A stretch of DNA of 64,000 bases from Oikopleura dioica. Lineage: Eukaryota > Animalia > Chordata. The notes beneath the pieces were generated by a model. That model saw nothing but the letters and a program-made list of their open reading frames with translations. It had not been told where the DNA came from and ran no database searches. The translations under genes were made by a program, and so were the position numbers. The number at the start of each line of letters is the position of its first letter. Position 1 is the first letter of the stretch. The stretch is taken from assembly GCA_907165135.1 (NCBI GenBank), contig OU015567.1, forward strand, positions 13,888,001 to 13,952,000, written 5' to 3'. Shown in pieces: positions 23,688 through 36,840 of the stretch.

Positions 23688-26552
23688 TCAGAGTCTTTTG
23701 AGCATAATTGAGAACGCTTGTGGCAGAAGATACCATTTGCTTTTCTCCATGTTAATTCTTTCATTAACAAGAGGAATGATCTCGCCGTTATCACCTCTGC
23801 ATACGGAATCGTTATTCTCCCTGCAAAAGTCTACGTAGTCATCATAACAAGCATAATATGGTCTGTCAAGCTCAATCTCCATCTTCGGCTCGCCCTTTGA
23901 CATAAGTGTGTTTTGAATGATGTATTTGTCATCGATTATCTCGTCAATGCACATTTGATGGAATAAGACATCGATTCCATCAAAAAACGCACCGGTCACA
24001 GTCAAGGGTCTGGTAAAAATAAAATTTGTGTGAAGACAGACTGAAAAATATAAATAAAATAAAATTGAATTGACAAGGAAAACTTACATTCTTTGTAACA
24101 GAACTCAGACTCAGGGCAGACTCCAATTGACTTGATAATTTTCCAACCATTTTCATTCAAATATGTAGAGAACTTCAGCCTTTTTAGAAGATGCTCGATG
24201 GAATTATACTGAAATTCTTTCTCTTCTTTATTGGGAGTAAAATTCAGTCCCGCTAAACTTCTTGGAAAGACAATCATTGCAAGGCAAGTAACGATTCTTT
24301 CGGTTGAATAATATGTGGTCATGACAGCGTCGTCAATTTTTAAATCATATCTTAATGCGTGCCTGATCAAAGTCGTCACTGAGATCGGCACACAAAGATT
24401 AGAGTCCTTAAAATTCAGAAAAAAAGAATCCTTCGTGTTTGGAATATATCAAGTGCGTAAATAAAATAACATGCATATAAATAAGTTTTTCTGCAAACTC
24501 AAGAGAAGTCTCTTGTGTTTTTAATCCTTGAGTCCGAGTTCAGATTCAACGATTTGATTTCTTCGTTTTTCAAAGAGATTGAGTTTCTAAACACTACCTT
24601 CTGGTCCAGTATGTTACGCGTTAAATTTTTGAAGTCGATGTTTATAAATTTTGTCATGCTTTGTTTGAGACTTGCCATACCAACAGATTTAGTGAGATTT
24701 TCGTCTGCATAATAATCAACGTCTGGTAAATTTTCAAGAGAAATGACGTTCTTCATAGTCGAAATTTCAAAAGGGCTCGGCACATTTTGAGTTAGCCAAG
24801 ACGCATTACATTCCTTTAAATTTATTTTAAGATAATTTATTCTGCCATGATTCTAGTCTTTGTGCCGTCATAAAATGATTTGAACGGGCTGACTGGAATT
24901 TTCCATGCACAGAAGAATACGTACAAATAAACCATAAAAATTACAGTCAATTTTTAAATATTTAAAATCCTCACCTTCAGTTGATTTTTGACTAGTTCTC
25001 GCTCTCTTTCGTCAATAGGATCAAACAACAAGCTCCAAGCTGATTTCCATTCACATAAAATGAACACAAAAATGTTGTCAGCCGCATAGTGACACCTTAA
25101 TGTCTCATCGTAGTCGCCCCTTTTCATTGATATTGATGATATTTGGCTGTATCCACAGAAACCTGGGGATCCGGAGTCTTCAAACAATAAGTCAAAATAC
25201 AAATTTGTTAGTTGTCACTTACATAGGTTTCTGTGATGTCGGTACTTGCTTCCTCGCCGTGCGTAGCCCATTTCACGGTAACTCATTCTCCCAGTGCTTT
25301 CATGAATAACGCCGAAGTCAATAAGCTTGACGCTTTCATCTTTTAATAGAATATTTTCAGGTTTGAAGTCATACTGCTCGATTCCTATATCCCACAGATA
25401 ATTGAAAGCTTCTTGCACTTCAATTGCGATTGTTTTCCTGTTATTCAATGCTAAGTCATCATTTCGCAGTTTAGTTCTAAAGTCAGTCTCTATCGATATC
25501 AGTTAATTTTCGAAAGCTCCTTTATTATGAGATATCTATTGAGACTCCCTTAAATCAGTGTCACATTTTTCCATTAAAGTAATCCACGCTAGACAATCCT
25601 GTTGTAAATCATCTTCTGAGTCGAAAACTTCTATATTTGCGAAGTTTTTTATGAGATTTTTATGGAATGGAATGTCTTTTTCCTTGTCTTCTTTTCTGTT
25701 TATAGCAATTTGATAATCTTAAAAACATACTGAGTCCTTTACTTACGAGTTGTCTACCTTCAGCGAGATTAATGACAAATTTAAGTTCCTCAGATTTTGA
25801 TGATGCAAAGAGAGCTGAATCAAAAGCTTGAACGCGAACTGCAGCTTCAAAATTCCCAAAATTTTGCGTCAAAATTAGTGCTTCGCCACCAATAGACAAT
25901 AATTTTTCTCCAAGAGATGATCCAACATACCACTCACCAGTTTCTTGTTTTAATTCAGAATTCAAAACTACACTAGATCTGAAAAATTCATAAAATTTGA
26001 GACAATAACGAAGAGTTCTGAGTTTTTGAAAAGCGGCGCGAGCTTGATCGGAGAAAATTCCACGCATGAAGCCTGGCGCTAGCCCGCGCGTTTGCTCTGC
26101 TATTTTCGCCGCGATCCCTTTCCGTTCAAAAAGCGCGCGAGCGATCCCTTCAGACTTGGGATCGAGCGTGGGCGGTGGCGCGCGATCCCTTCTCGATCCC
26201 CCGCGATTTGACACCCTGATTCAGACCGCATTAATCTTTTTCCGTTGATTTCTGGAAGTCGGTTTAAGAGACGATTTTGAAAAGGTGTAGTTTTCCATGA
26301 TTCTTCATATTTGTGGAGGTCATGAAATACACTACATATGCCATTTTCAAATTTAAATTCGGTCCAGCTCGCACAAAATCTTCTTGTTTGCGAGTTATAT
26401 GAAGGAATTTCCATTCTTTCAATCGATAAAATGAGTCTATCCAAATCATTTCTACTTGTTTCTCTTTTGAGGTCAAGAACAAACTCTTTTAGCCAGTCTT
26501 GAATGGCTTCAAGGTTGAGCTCAGGAGGATTTTTTGGAACAGGATCCTTCAT
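23688..26552 (-). CDS. Atypical protein kinase fused to a C-terminal papain-like cysteine protease domain
   Basis: Kinase: IGGEALIL, AVRVQ, QYDFKPENILL, LIDFG, SGSPGFCG. Protease: DSNLCVPISVTTLIRHAL (Cys) and LFHQMCIDEIIDDKYIIQNT (His...Asn). Same strand, short introns, no large gap between the domains; junction splicing inferred. Confidence 0.72.
26030..26218. mobile_element. GC-rich intronic relic with one hAT-like end
   Basis: Ends in gatttgacaccctg (reverse complement CAGGGTGTC); repeated gcgatccc motifs; no partner TIR or TSD found. Confidence 0.3.
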
Positions 26553-27225
26553 TAGGGAAAAATAGGCAAAATGAACTCTTAATGCAGTTGATGTGAGACG
26601 ATGTATTTGATTTTTTTTATATTTGTAGAGCATTTATATTTGCGGAAGATTCATTTTGCAAAAGCAAGGAGGAGTGTAGACTATTGCGTGCGGTGCGGCT
26701 TTGTTGACAAAATATAAATGTCATTCAGGATTTACGTTATCGATTGGCGCTCAAGAATTGACAATCTCGGTACAGTGGTTTTTGCTTGTGCCTCCCTATC
26801 TCAATGCTTGGAACGCAACGAGGGTTGCCTCAGTACGAAGCATTTGTAAACCCCACTGTACACGATTTAATAGATTTCCCTTGTTTTTTCTGCAGATACG
26901 GGGGCTTATCTAAATCAATGTATGCAGTTCTGAAAATTATGAAAATGATATTTTATTATCTTTAGATCATTTTTTTACAAATAAAATGAGAGACTCGCCC
27001 AGAAAAATATATAAGGCTCGATTAGTTATTTTTGTTTGAAGGAGGTGGTGGTGGTGGCTAAACAGATCTGACTAATCAGCACAACCGCGGCCCTTCTATA
27101 CGTAACTTTTGTTAGGTTTGTTAGCTGGCGGTTTTGTTTTGTTATCATGTTTCCCAGTGCACCAACTTCATCCGTTCAACTTCAATTTTCAGATTTTCGA
27201 GAGAGATTGACATGACTCCTGAAGC

Positions 27226-30200
27226 ATGAAGATATCCTTCATTTTCTTCGCGTAGGTGCTTACCATACTATTTATCATAATATAAACATGCAACATATTC
27301 ATATATTCTTTTTGACAGACCGATTTAAAGAGTTATACATGGGAGAAAATGGAGAAAACAATTGAAAAAGCAAAATAGACCCATCGAAGTCGTCTCAGAG
27401 TGCGGAAATCCAGAAGTAAATCCAAATCCTGCCACATTTTTCAACTTGCCAAGATACAGAAGAGATGTTTTTGAAGAATTTAGAACAGATAATTACGAAC
27501 AAAATGGTTTTGACCCCGAGAGTTACTGGGGTACATCGCCAAAGCCTACGTTGGCAAGTTTTTTGATCAGTCAGAGGATTGTTGGTGGAAGTCAGAGCTA
27601 TCCGAAATCGTGGCCGTGGCAAGTTTTCTTTGACTTTGGGACTTATTCTTGTGGAGGAACGCTGATTAATTCAAAATGGATTGTAACAGGAATGATTCAA
27701 AAAGATCCACGACCAGCTTTCACTTCATATCCTTCTGAATCTTACTATTAGCCGTACACTGTACTTTTCGTCATCCTCCAAATGTTGTCATCCGACTTGG
27801 TGTCACCAATCTGGCCGACCCTCATTCCGGCGAATACCGCTACATCGAGCGAGTAGTGAACCACCCTGAATACTCAAAACCAATTGACTGGAACAATGAC
27901 ATCGCACTCGTGGAGGTAAAACATTGTTATTTGTCCCCTGCATCGTGTAATAAATCTCCAACTAAGATGAACAGGCCAGTGATCTTTACAGATTCTATAA
28001 AGCCACTTTGTCTGCCGTCGCCAGACCTCGTCATCCCAGCGGGAACGCCTTGCGTGGTGAGTGGATGGGGAAGAACGCGAAAAGGTGGAAAATTATCCGA
28101 AAGACTCAATGAAGTCGCTGTGAAGCTGATGACAAGCGAAAGATGCAAATCGTACGATGGGTATGCTAATCAACTGACAGATTCGATGATCTGTGCGGGG
28201 TACGAAAAGGGTGGCCGCGATGCTTGCTCAGGTTAGTCTTCCATGATTTCAATATTTCTAAAGCTCACTCAGGCGATTCTGGTGGACCAATGGCTTGTAA
28301 ATTAACGAGTCCTAGATCTCAGCGAAGCCCCAAAAAGAAAGGAAGATATCAGGCACATGAGATGACATCAACGAAGACAAAAGTCAATTGATCACATTTA
28401 TATTCGCATGTTAATCTCGTATAGAAAGGCTTTTCAAGCAATCAAAATGAACAAGACGGAGCTTGGGTTCTCTACGGTGTCGTTAGCTGGGGAGCTGGAT
28501 GTGCAAGAGAAAGAAGCCCAGGCGTGTACGTGAAAGTCACGAAAATGATTGAATGGATTCGTGCTGTCACGGGCGTTTCGAACCCGAGACACGATCATCT
28601 TGTTCCCGATACTTGGGGTGAACCGGTTGGAGCCAGCTCCATCAATCAGAGGGAAGCTTATCGACCTACTAGAACTCCAGGTCGGGTTGAATCTACTGAA
28701 AAAACAACCCGGAAATTAACTGAACATCTCAACCCCGAAAGCTCCGACCAAAGCGCCTTGTGGATATGATATGCGAAGCTCAGATGTTGGCGAATTCACT
28801 AGTCCTAATTTCCCAAAGGCATATCCAGCAAACTCAAAATGCACTTGGAATATTTTCGCAAGCAAAGATAAGCCATTTATCCGGCTCAATGTGACTGATA
28901 TGCGTTTCGAAGCTCGATCCACAGGTGGCTGCTTTATTAATGATCATATTCGGGTTTATGGCGAAGGAAAGGGTCGTTATTGATTGATCTTCTCGAGATC
29001 AGAAATCATTCGAACAAACATTAGAATTGATACAAGGGTTCAAGAGGATATGCTCAATCTGTCAGACTGGGTTTAACCCCTCAATGGCGGTAACCTAGTC
29101 GGCTCAGCTCTTTATCTTTCGCTGCCCAATTTCAAACAGATGTTGGGCCGTGTTAAGCTTCCCCTGGTGTGTTACTAATTGATATATAATCTTAAAATAA
29201 TGACTTCTCAAAAAGACGGCAATCAAATCGGCACTGCTCTCTGCCGACTGAACAAAAAACAAGACGGTTACATCGTCACTTCTCGTGAACGCATGACAGT
29301 GAGGCTCAGTACAGATGGAGTCACTCAAAACCGAGGATTCGCCGCCAATTTCCAGTTGTTGACAGATGAAGCATCAGGCTGCGAGAACTCGAATAAAATC
29401 AATCAGGCCGACAAAGGTAACATTGATTTTTCTCGGGTTAATTTGAGGATCAATTTCTTGAGCCGCTTTGATAATTGGACATGGTTATTTGGACACTAGA
29501 AATTTGGGATCAAATCCAATTCAAGGCCCTCGTAATGGCCTCAATTAGGATTTTGGGATTGAACTTGATCCTCTTTTTTCTAAAAGGTTTATTTTTGGAG
29601 CCACTGTTATTTTTAGGCGGTGTTTTTATGACTACAGGATTTCCGATCAAGTACCCCGCTAATACTGACTGCCAGTGGTATATTTTCTCTGGACAGAACG
29701 ATCCTATTTTGGTAAGTTTCAAGCACCGCCCTAAATCAAAATAAGCGATAACATAATTCTAGCTCCAATTTTCGCGATTTCATATAGAAGGTCCAGATTG
29801 GAAGGGGAACTGTCGGTTTGACTATTTGTCAGTATACGAAGGAGACAAGGAAGACGGCGACAACCTGCTGCAAACCATCTGTGGAGCGGCAGTGAAAACC
29901 AAAAAGGTTTGATTTCTGTGTATTGCCAAACATTGCTAGTTGAAGTCTTCACCAAGCAAATAATATTCATGAGTGATTCGATCGCATGTCGATATTTTCA
30001 AAAAGAATTTTGAAGAGGCATGCTGCCAAGCTACTGTCAGCGAGCTCAAATTCAGTGAGCATGAGAAATAAGGGAGAAAAAAATAAAAGATTAGCGGGGA
30101 TTATTTGGAACACGGGTTAAACCTCCTTATAGCGCCCGGAAGTTAATCCCTGCTCACTAATACCCATAACATTCCATATCCTAGTCCCCGATTCCCCGTA

Positions 30201-30560
30201 CACACAGCTTCATCGCCGCGAGTGGAGAAATGTTCGTCAAGTTCCACAGTGACAACTCGGTAAGGAAATAAAAAAGAAATGGAACGAAATTCTAAACTGC
30301 GCGGCCGAAATAGTTCTAAACGCTTCATATTCACTTGCTAGCCATATTCTCTATCTTAGCCTTAATTAATCCTCTTCTAGCGGTCCTACGCTGGCTTTTA
30401 CGCCGCTTACCGGTCGGTTCCTAATCCCCGCCTGGAATCTGCCTATGGTTACGTGCAGCTTGGACGACGCGCGACTCTCACAGATGAGCAGCTCGCTTCT
30501 ATTTCTCCTGAGAAGATGAGCAGAGAAGAGTGGCTCGTGGCCCAGTTCGACACGTTATGA
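27226..30560 (+). CDS. Secreted trypsin-family serine protease followed by two CUB domains (ovochymase/oviductin-like order)
   Basis: RIVGG activation site, SWPWQV, CGGTLI, His exon, DIALVE, DACSG|DSGGP, GVVSWGAGCA...PGVYVKV; CUB motifs FTSPNFPKAYP and FMTTGFPIKYP...CQWYI; stop 30558-30560. Start MKISFIFF at 27226 is tentative. Confidence 0.85.
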
Positions 30561-33114
30561 AATCTCATCAATGGAAATCTGATTCGATTTAATATGCTCC
30601 TGAAGACCGCATATTTGTAAACGTCTGTTTGAAAAACTTTCATCAAAATATTGACTTTAATTTGGCGCCAGATTATAAATAGTAGGTTTATTAAAGAAAA
30701 CAGACTCAGCCATTTTTCTCCTTACAAGCAAGATGGTACTGAAGTAGGTCAGATTATGATTGAAATTCATGTCACTCGATCCAACTCAAGATCCGTCTAT
30801 TTTGACCACTTGTTTCTTCTCGTTTTCGAATCATCTTACAAGCTGTCACTTTTTAATCCAATTTTTCATCCCAGCTTTGGATAATTCAATTTCGCATTAT
30901 TATTTTGGCCCAACGTGGAAACCCAGAGTATCAACAAAAGCACTCGTTTTTCTCAATTAACTTTCGATTGTTGTTGAAGTTCCATTTACTCTCATTTGAT
31001 TTTCAAGTTCCAAGGACCACAAGGGGCTGCCCCTTTGGCCCCCTGCCATTGTCATATTAATAGATTTAATAGGCGGCAATTTAGGTTAATAATTTATAAA
31101 GTACTCTCGATTCTCGCGCAACAGGCGGTGGCGTGGAAAAGATTTCCGACAGTCGAACATCTGTTGCAATTCCCACAAGGGGGCATTAGCCCACTCGCCG
31201 ACGGCCAAAATCCGAGAAAAGCAAATTTTTCTCCGACAGCCAAAAAGGAGAAAAATCGAAACCCGCATGTCCGATAGACCGCATCAAACACGAGTGCAAG
31301 GCATAAATGGCGAATATTGCGGCCCGGCCACTCTGTAATCCCGCAAGGGTGGCTAGACACGGAATTCCGAAAGTGACGAACATGAAGAAGTGTCAACCAG
31401 TTTGACAGGGCATGTGCAGTCGCAGGAAAAAATTTTCAAACGTGTGGGTGAGATAATTCGCGGAAAGGGCCACAGCTGGTGATCTAAATTTGACGGTAGC
31501 GCTTATGGAGATGGATAGATCCGATGGCCCAAATTTTACGCCTCGGTGCAGTTAATATTTCCAGATAAGGTAAATTGCCCCCGTGGTCGCTTCTCAGGGG
31601 TTGCCACCTTAGAACATAATCTTTCTGAATTCCGGCTCCCAAAAACGGGAGAGGAAAAGCTTTGTTTTGATGTTTTGCAAAACAAAGAATTTCCGGAAGG
31701 ATTCCAAGATTGCATAACCAAAAAGCATTCTTGAGCAACTCCCCCCTTAAAAAAGTGTGATTTCGGGCAGAGCAAAGCCCCAAAAGCTGGGTCAGTTGTT
31801 GAGACAAATCCGTCCATTGATGTTCTCACCCCCTTCCGCCTTGTCCAAGATTGTGCTCCACTCCCGCTGTGTCCACTTGACAGAAGCGTATTTTCCTATT
31901 TCCGCCGTCGAGTGCTTGTTTTTTCTTGCCCTTTCAAAACGAAAACATCATCCCCGCGGTTAGATCGCCTTCATCCCCCTTCAGATATTTTATTGATCAG
32001 GAGCTTGTTAGAGCGATAACGGCCCAGCAGAATCAAAACTCTTGAAAATTCTCCTTCATGCTGGGTAATCGTTGCCAGCACAAAGGGCAAGGACGCTTGA
32101 GCAAAGAGAATTTCGAATTGCTGGCGCTGAGTCAATGAAATTGCTTACTATGTCAAATATTCGTAATGGAAGGGACAGTCGCCAGAATTATGGAAATTTT
32201 GAAAGATGCGATTTCGCAAGTGCAAATATAGACTTTGATGATAGTTGCCTCCGGTTCCCCGACTCCTGAAACTCCTGAAACTCCTGAAAAAATTAATTTT
32301 GATTGAGGAGGTGCTGACCTGGATTATTAATCCTTCTGACCGCAAAATCGTCAATTTCTCCGGCTGTCGTTAACAATAAGGATTAAGATAAAGTGCAGAA
32401 CCCTCCAGCGCGACCGTGGAATTTCCAAAGAATTGTCAATTTGACCTTACACGTAACTTTGACCAGAATGTGCTATTTGTCGAATTCTACTATTTCCTTA
32501 CGAGGCGGTTGACTAGCTTTGAGTTTTTTTAGTTTGCTGAACTTCCTATCGATTAAAGCAAATTTACCCAGCGTTACGACGTCCTCAATACTATTTACCT
32601 TCAATATTTGCGGAGTATAAATGCCCAGTCTTTTCTTCTCATATTTTCGACCTCTGAATCGAATATTTTGGTACTGGGTCCACAAATATCGAGGTTGTCA
32701 AAATACGCCAAAGAATTTTCTCGTGAATATGAATTAGGGAAGTTATTTTACGATTTTGCGTACATTATGCTCGTCGGCTTTAGTGGTTAAATTTGTGATG
32801 AATAATTTAACAAAAGAATATTTCAAATATATCCGCAGTATTCAACTCGAAATCCTGTTGAGTCGTATTCAGCATTTTTCGTCTATTGATTCTCGTATGG
32901 TTCCTTTGGTAAGGTAAGTTTTTATGTCACATTAATCATCTAATAAAAAGTAAAACATCACGGCAGTAAAAAATAACTATTCTGAAGTGTTTGGGTACTT
33001 TTGAAATGAAAGAACTGCAATAAATCTTCACATGAAAATTAGAAAGAATTGAGGACATTCTTGCTCCTCCAGCCCGAGTCACCACAGATTATGAACCGCC
33101 GAGTCATTGCGATA

Positions 33115-33615
33115 TCATTCTAGCGCAAAGAAGGATGACTGTGTCCTTTTTTTCGGGCTTGGATCCACTTTTGCGTCAAGGTGCGTCGGAATTCGACTTT
33201 TGGGAGAGCTAGTGCTGGAGCTTGTGAATGTGTGCGATTGAATCCGCTTATCGTAACTTTCTTTTTCAAATGATTCAACCCTTACTGGCGGTGGTGTAAG
33301 GATGTATGGTGGCAGAGCCTGAGGCCTCGCTTGCGCCGCTTCATTGGAGCTCCAAGCCGAGTAGGGCGCCACCACCGCACTCCGTTTCCTTCGCGTTTCG
33401 TCAAAATTTGAGTTTTTCACCGAGCGCAGTAAGAGGTGCCTCGAAATCTTACTATTCATTTTGAAACAGAGAACTACGTGATTGCGATTCAGAGTTACCA
33501 GAAGCTTGCTTAGCAATGTGTCACTAGTAGATGGACTTGAAGGACAACTTTGTGGTACAGGACGTAGCTGAAGCTTATATCGGAGGTACAGTTCGAGAAC
33601 TGGTGGATATGTCAC
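33115..33615 (-). CDS. Hypothetical Ser/Pro-rich ORF, possibly part of a spliced gene
   Basis: 166-codon open frame of low-complexity composition; no recognisable domain. Confidence 0.3.
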   Translation of the reverse strand: MTYPPVLELYLRYKLQLRPVPQSCPSSPSTSDTLLSKLLVTLNRNHVVLCFKMNSKISRHLLLRSVKNSNFDETRRKRSAVVAPYSAWSSNEAAQARPQALPPYILTPPPVRVESFEKESYDKRIQSHTFTSSSTSSPKSRIPTHLDAKVDPSPKKRTQSSFFALE

Positions 33616-33892
33616 ATATGTTCTGTTAATAACTGTTGAAATAGAAAGTTTTATTTAATGATTAAAAGATAAACTTGTAGAAGAAAATGGGGAATGATGA
33701 TTTTCCGCTTGAGCTACGAGGGCCTCTCGTCATCTCCCTTTAATTTTCACCCCGCTGCGAGACGCGGTTCCGCCTCACTGACCAAGACCCTTTAAAACGA
33801 CCCCCTTTCTTCCCAACAACAAAAGAACCAGTCCTTGATTTAATTTACCCAAAGCTAACTCTTTCTTCTCAGGAGTCGCGCAACTAACAAAA

Positions 33893-34241
33893 ATGGCATA
33901 CGACGCGGGCATCAACGAAATCTGGGACACCATGGACCAAATGGACCAAAATATCAGACAGCAGAGCGAGCGAGGCCTCATCACAGATCAACGCGAGCTC
34001 ACCGAGCTGACGGTAAGCTAAAATTCAACAATAGTAGTTTTCTTGTCTTTCTTTAACGTTGTTAACGACCTTTGTGATCATAAAAAACAAGAGCCATAAA
34101 AACGCGTATTCTTGACAACGCGATAAAGCCAGCGCTTTTTGCGACATGCTGGATAACATGGTTTCCGTAGGAAAGAAAAAAGAATGACAGATTTACCGTA
34201 CTAACGCTTTCTTCTCTAACCCTTTCAGCTGAAATCTTGAA
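33893..34241 (+). CDS. Small helical peptide gene, splice model unresolved
   Basis: Acceptor ttctcag, then aaaaATG; 40-codon exon MAYDAGINEIWDTMDQMDQNIRQQSERGLITDQRELTELT ends at a strong gtaagc donor (34013). Confidence 0.45.
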
Positions 34242-34259
34242 CCAACGACTTAAATTTAG

Positions 34260-34544
34260 ATGAAGATGAACCACCTCAACAATCCGATGCAATACATGAC
34301 GCCCATTCTGATAACAGTCATGGTCGTCGTTGCAATTCTCTGCACCATGTGCATGTGCGCATTCGGATTCTGCTGGTACGTGCGCTTCAACAAGAAGCAA
34401 AAGCGACCATATGTGATTGACGATTTGGAGCGCAATCGACGAAACGATTGCCGAGTCAAGAACTTCACCGAAGAAAACATTCAATTCGTGAACAACCAGT
34501 ACTACCCACCACGTGGTCGAAAGGCCGACTCCACGGAGAGGTAA
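34260..34544 (+). CDS. Small single-pass membrane protein (94 aa)
   Basis: Hydrophobic, Cys-rich segment ILITVMVVVAILCTMCMCAFGFCWYV followed by a basic stop-transfer stretch RFNKKQKR. Confidence 0.55.
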   Translation: MKMNHLNNPMQYMTPILITVMVVVAILCTMCMCAFGFCWYVRFNKKQKRPYVIDDLERNRRNDCRVKNFTEENIQFVNNQYYPPRGRKADSTER

Positions 34545-36636
34545 TTACAGTCATCACAAAACTCCAGAAAATGGTTTCTGTTTCACTAAGAATAATACGC
34601 AGCGTAGAAATCGCCTCGTTAGAATAGACACCACCACAAACTGCATAATCTGAACACGAACATCCGGCCTAAGGGGTCAGTAAGGGGAAAATAAAGAAGC
34701 TTTTTTCAACCCTCACGTGAAAAAAGCACGCTCAAGTATACTTATTATCTCGGCATATAAAATACCAGGTGGCGCCAGTAACAATTAACCCTAATTCCCG
34801 GTTATTTCTTTCGGGAACCTCCCTCCTTACGTACTCCTTGCCCAGACGCTCGGTCAGAGACACAACCTTAGTCACATGATATATATTATCTTGTTCACTA
34901 ACGTGATTTTTGTAGGAAACGCTCACGCTCGCGAGCGTCTTCCCGAAAATCGACGGGCTCCCGAATCTGGCGTCAGGCACGCAAGAGCTTCCGTACTTTG
35001 CGCAAGGATAAGTTCTGGAAGGAGGTCCCCAAGCTCTACCCTAATCTCTCCCAGTTCACTCACAGGTAAATAATTAGTGACAGTAATAATTGATTTTCTA
35101 CGCTTAATTTTGATGGCGGATTAAAATGAACCGAGACACTGTATTCGATAATAAAAGACCTCTCTGTGGTCGATGAATCAAGTCTTACCGGAGCTCTTAC
35201 GCAAAAGCCATCTTTTTGGCCATAGCTTTGATGGACTTGATTGATCGCTAAAGATGTGTCACAGGTCGTCAACTGCTGATCAGAAGTTCAAACAAAACCT
35301 TCTGAGAAGTATTTACAGCGGCTTGTAAGCCACTCCACCCTGGCGTGGCCCCACCGAGGGCTGTTGAGTTATTTCAGGCGTCTATTCAAAACCGTAAAAG
35401 CCCTCGAAACAACAATAGACCTAAACTAGCGCGGCCACCGCTGATCAAATATTTGTTCCCAAATTTAACCCATCGACGGGTGCGATGAACCCGACAGGGA
35501 CGAGCAAATTTTACCGTTTCTGTTCAGCTCCGAAGCCGGCATGGGGCCCATGGCAGGCGAAAACTACTCATCCCAGGAAGACTTGACCCCGATCCATACT
35601 CCAACGAGGAAGTACCACTCGGGCGAAGAAAGTGGCAAATCCCGACGCGGGAAAGGTCACAGCAACTGGGATGGAGATACCAAACAGGAGAAGTCCGGCT
35701 GGTGAAGCGCCAGGTGATGCCACTTTTCATCGACTGCCAATGTTCACGAAAATCGATTTATAAAGAGGATATCAAAGTAAAAACAAAGTTAAAACAATAC
35801 GTAAACTCATCGAAACACAATAATGTGGACTACACAAAACCAACTCTTTTGTATTATTTTTTCATACTTCTGACAAAAATTTCTTGTCTTTCTTGTAAAG
35901 ACGCCTGCAAACACATCTTACCTCGTCCAAACTTAAATATGAAATTATCTGAAATTAAAAGTATTTCCAACTGAGCGTGACTTATTTGATCCTCGCAGGG
36001 AGTTTATTTGAACACAGCAGGGGGCCGTCTGGGCCTAAAGTCGGTGCCGAATGATTTATCGATCGGACATTTTTTTATTGGCTTGAATTTTGAATTGCTA
36101 CGGGAGCATGAGAGTGCTTGAATTTTGCCCTTTGATGACAAGTTGGAGTGGGGCCAACACGTGTTCCCATACAATGCATTTTTAACCTGCCGGAACGAAT
36201 CGACTAGATAGTAGATATAAATTCTTTAAACAACAAGAACTTGGATCTATCCATTTTATATGCGCATATATTCGTAGAATGGTGTTTTATTCAATATCGC
36301 GATCAATAAATATGAACTCAGTAAGGATCTAAGGGTATCTAGTGCATGCCAAGGGGACCTCTCCAGAACCAGCCGAGGAAAACAAAGGCAGCCATGAAGA
36401 AAGCAGCGCCGTTGACCGAAAATCGTCGGCGAGCCCAGAATTCTTGTGAGTGATAGTTGTTCATTTTGTTGCCTCCAGCGACGAAGTTACTTTTTAACGG
36501 TTTCACAAGATACTCTTCCTTGATTTCAACAAAGGAAATACCAAGGTTAATGACGATCTAAGGAGTGCTGTAAATTTAATGGACCTTCCAATAGAATGTA
36601 CTCTGCAAACAAACTGGATATATAATCTATGGTCAT

Positions 36637-36840
36637 TCAAGTCTTTTTGGAACCGTGCCCGCAAGTGCTCTGAGTTGCGCAGTTGTATGTTTCGCTTGTT
36701 GGTCCATGAGGTCGGTTAGCTCCGCCGAAGACATGATGAGGGAGGCCCATGTGGCCCTGGTTGAATGGGGGAAGCCATGTGGTCTTGGATCCCAAGCGGA
36801 ATGACTGGCTCAATACTCGACTTTGAACGATTCGGTTCAT
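36637..36840 (-). CDS. Candidate 67-aa microprotein
   Basis: ATG directly preceded by ccttcatctcattctccggattcag; TATA-like tttataaata ~125 bp upstream; Arg/Ser presequence-like N-terminus. Confidence 0.4.
   Translation of the reverse strand: MNRIVQSRVLSQSFRLGSKTTWLPPFNQGHMGLPHHVFGGANRPHGPTSETYNCATQSTCGHGSKKT

Noticed and set aside
30093-30154. Small intronic hairpin (agcggggatta / taatccctgct) as a pre-miRNA or MITE
   Set aside because: Stem is only 11 bp with an unpaired interior and no TSD.
35566-35576. Match to the start of the Oikopleura spliced leader as I recall it (actcatccca)
   Set aside because: Only ~10 nt match; no rest of the leader, donor site or Sm site.
31035-36028. Inverted pair ggccccctgc / gcagggggcc as ends of a 5-kb element
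   Set aside because: Only 10 bp, the orientation is opposite to hAT-type termini, and there is no TSD.
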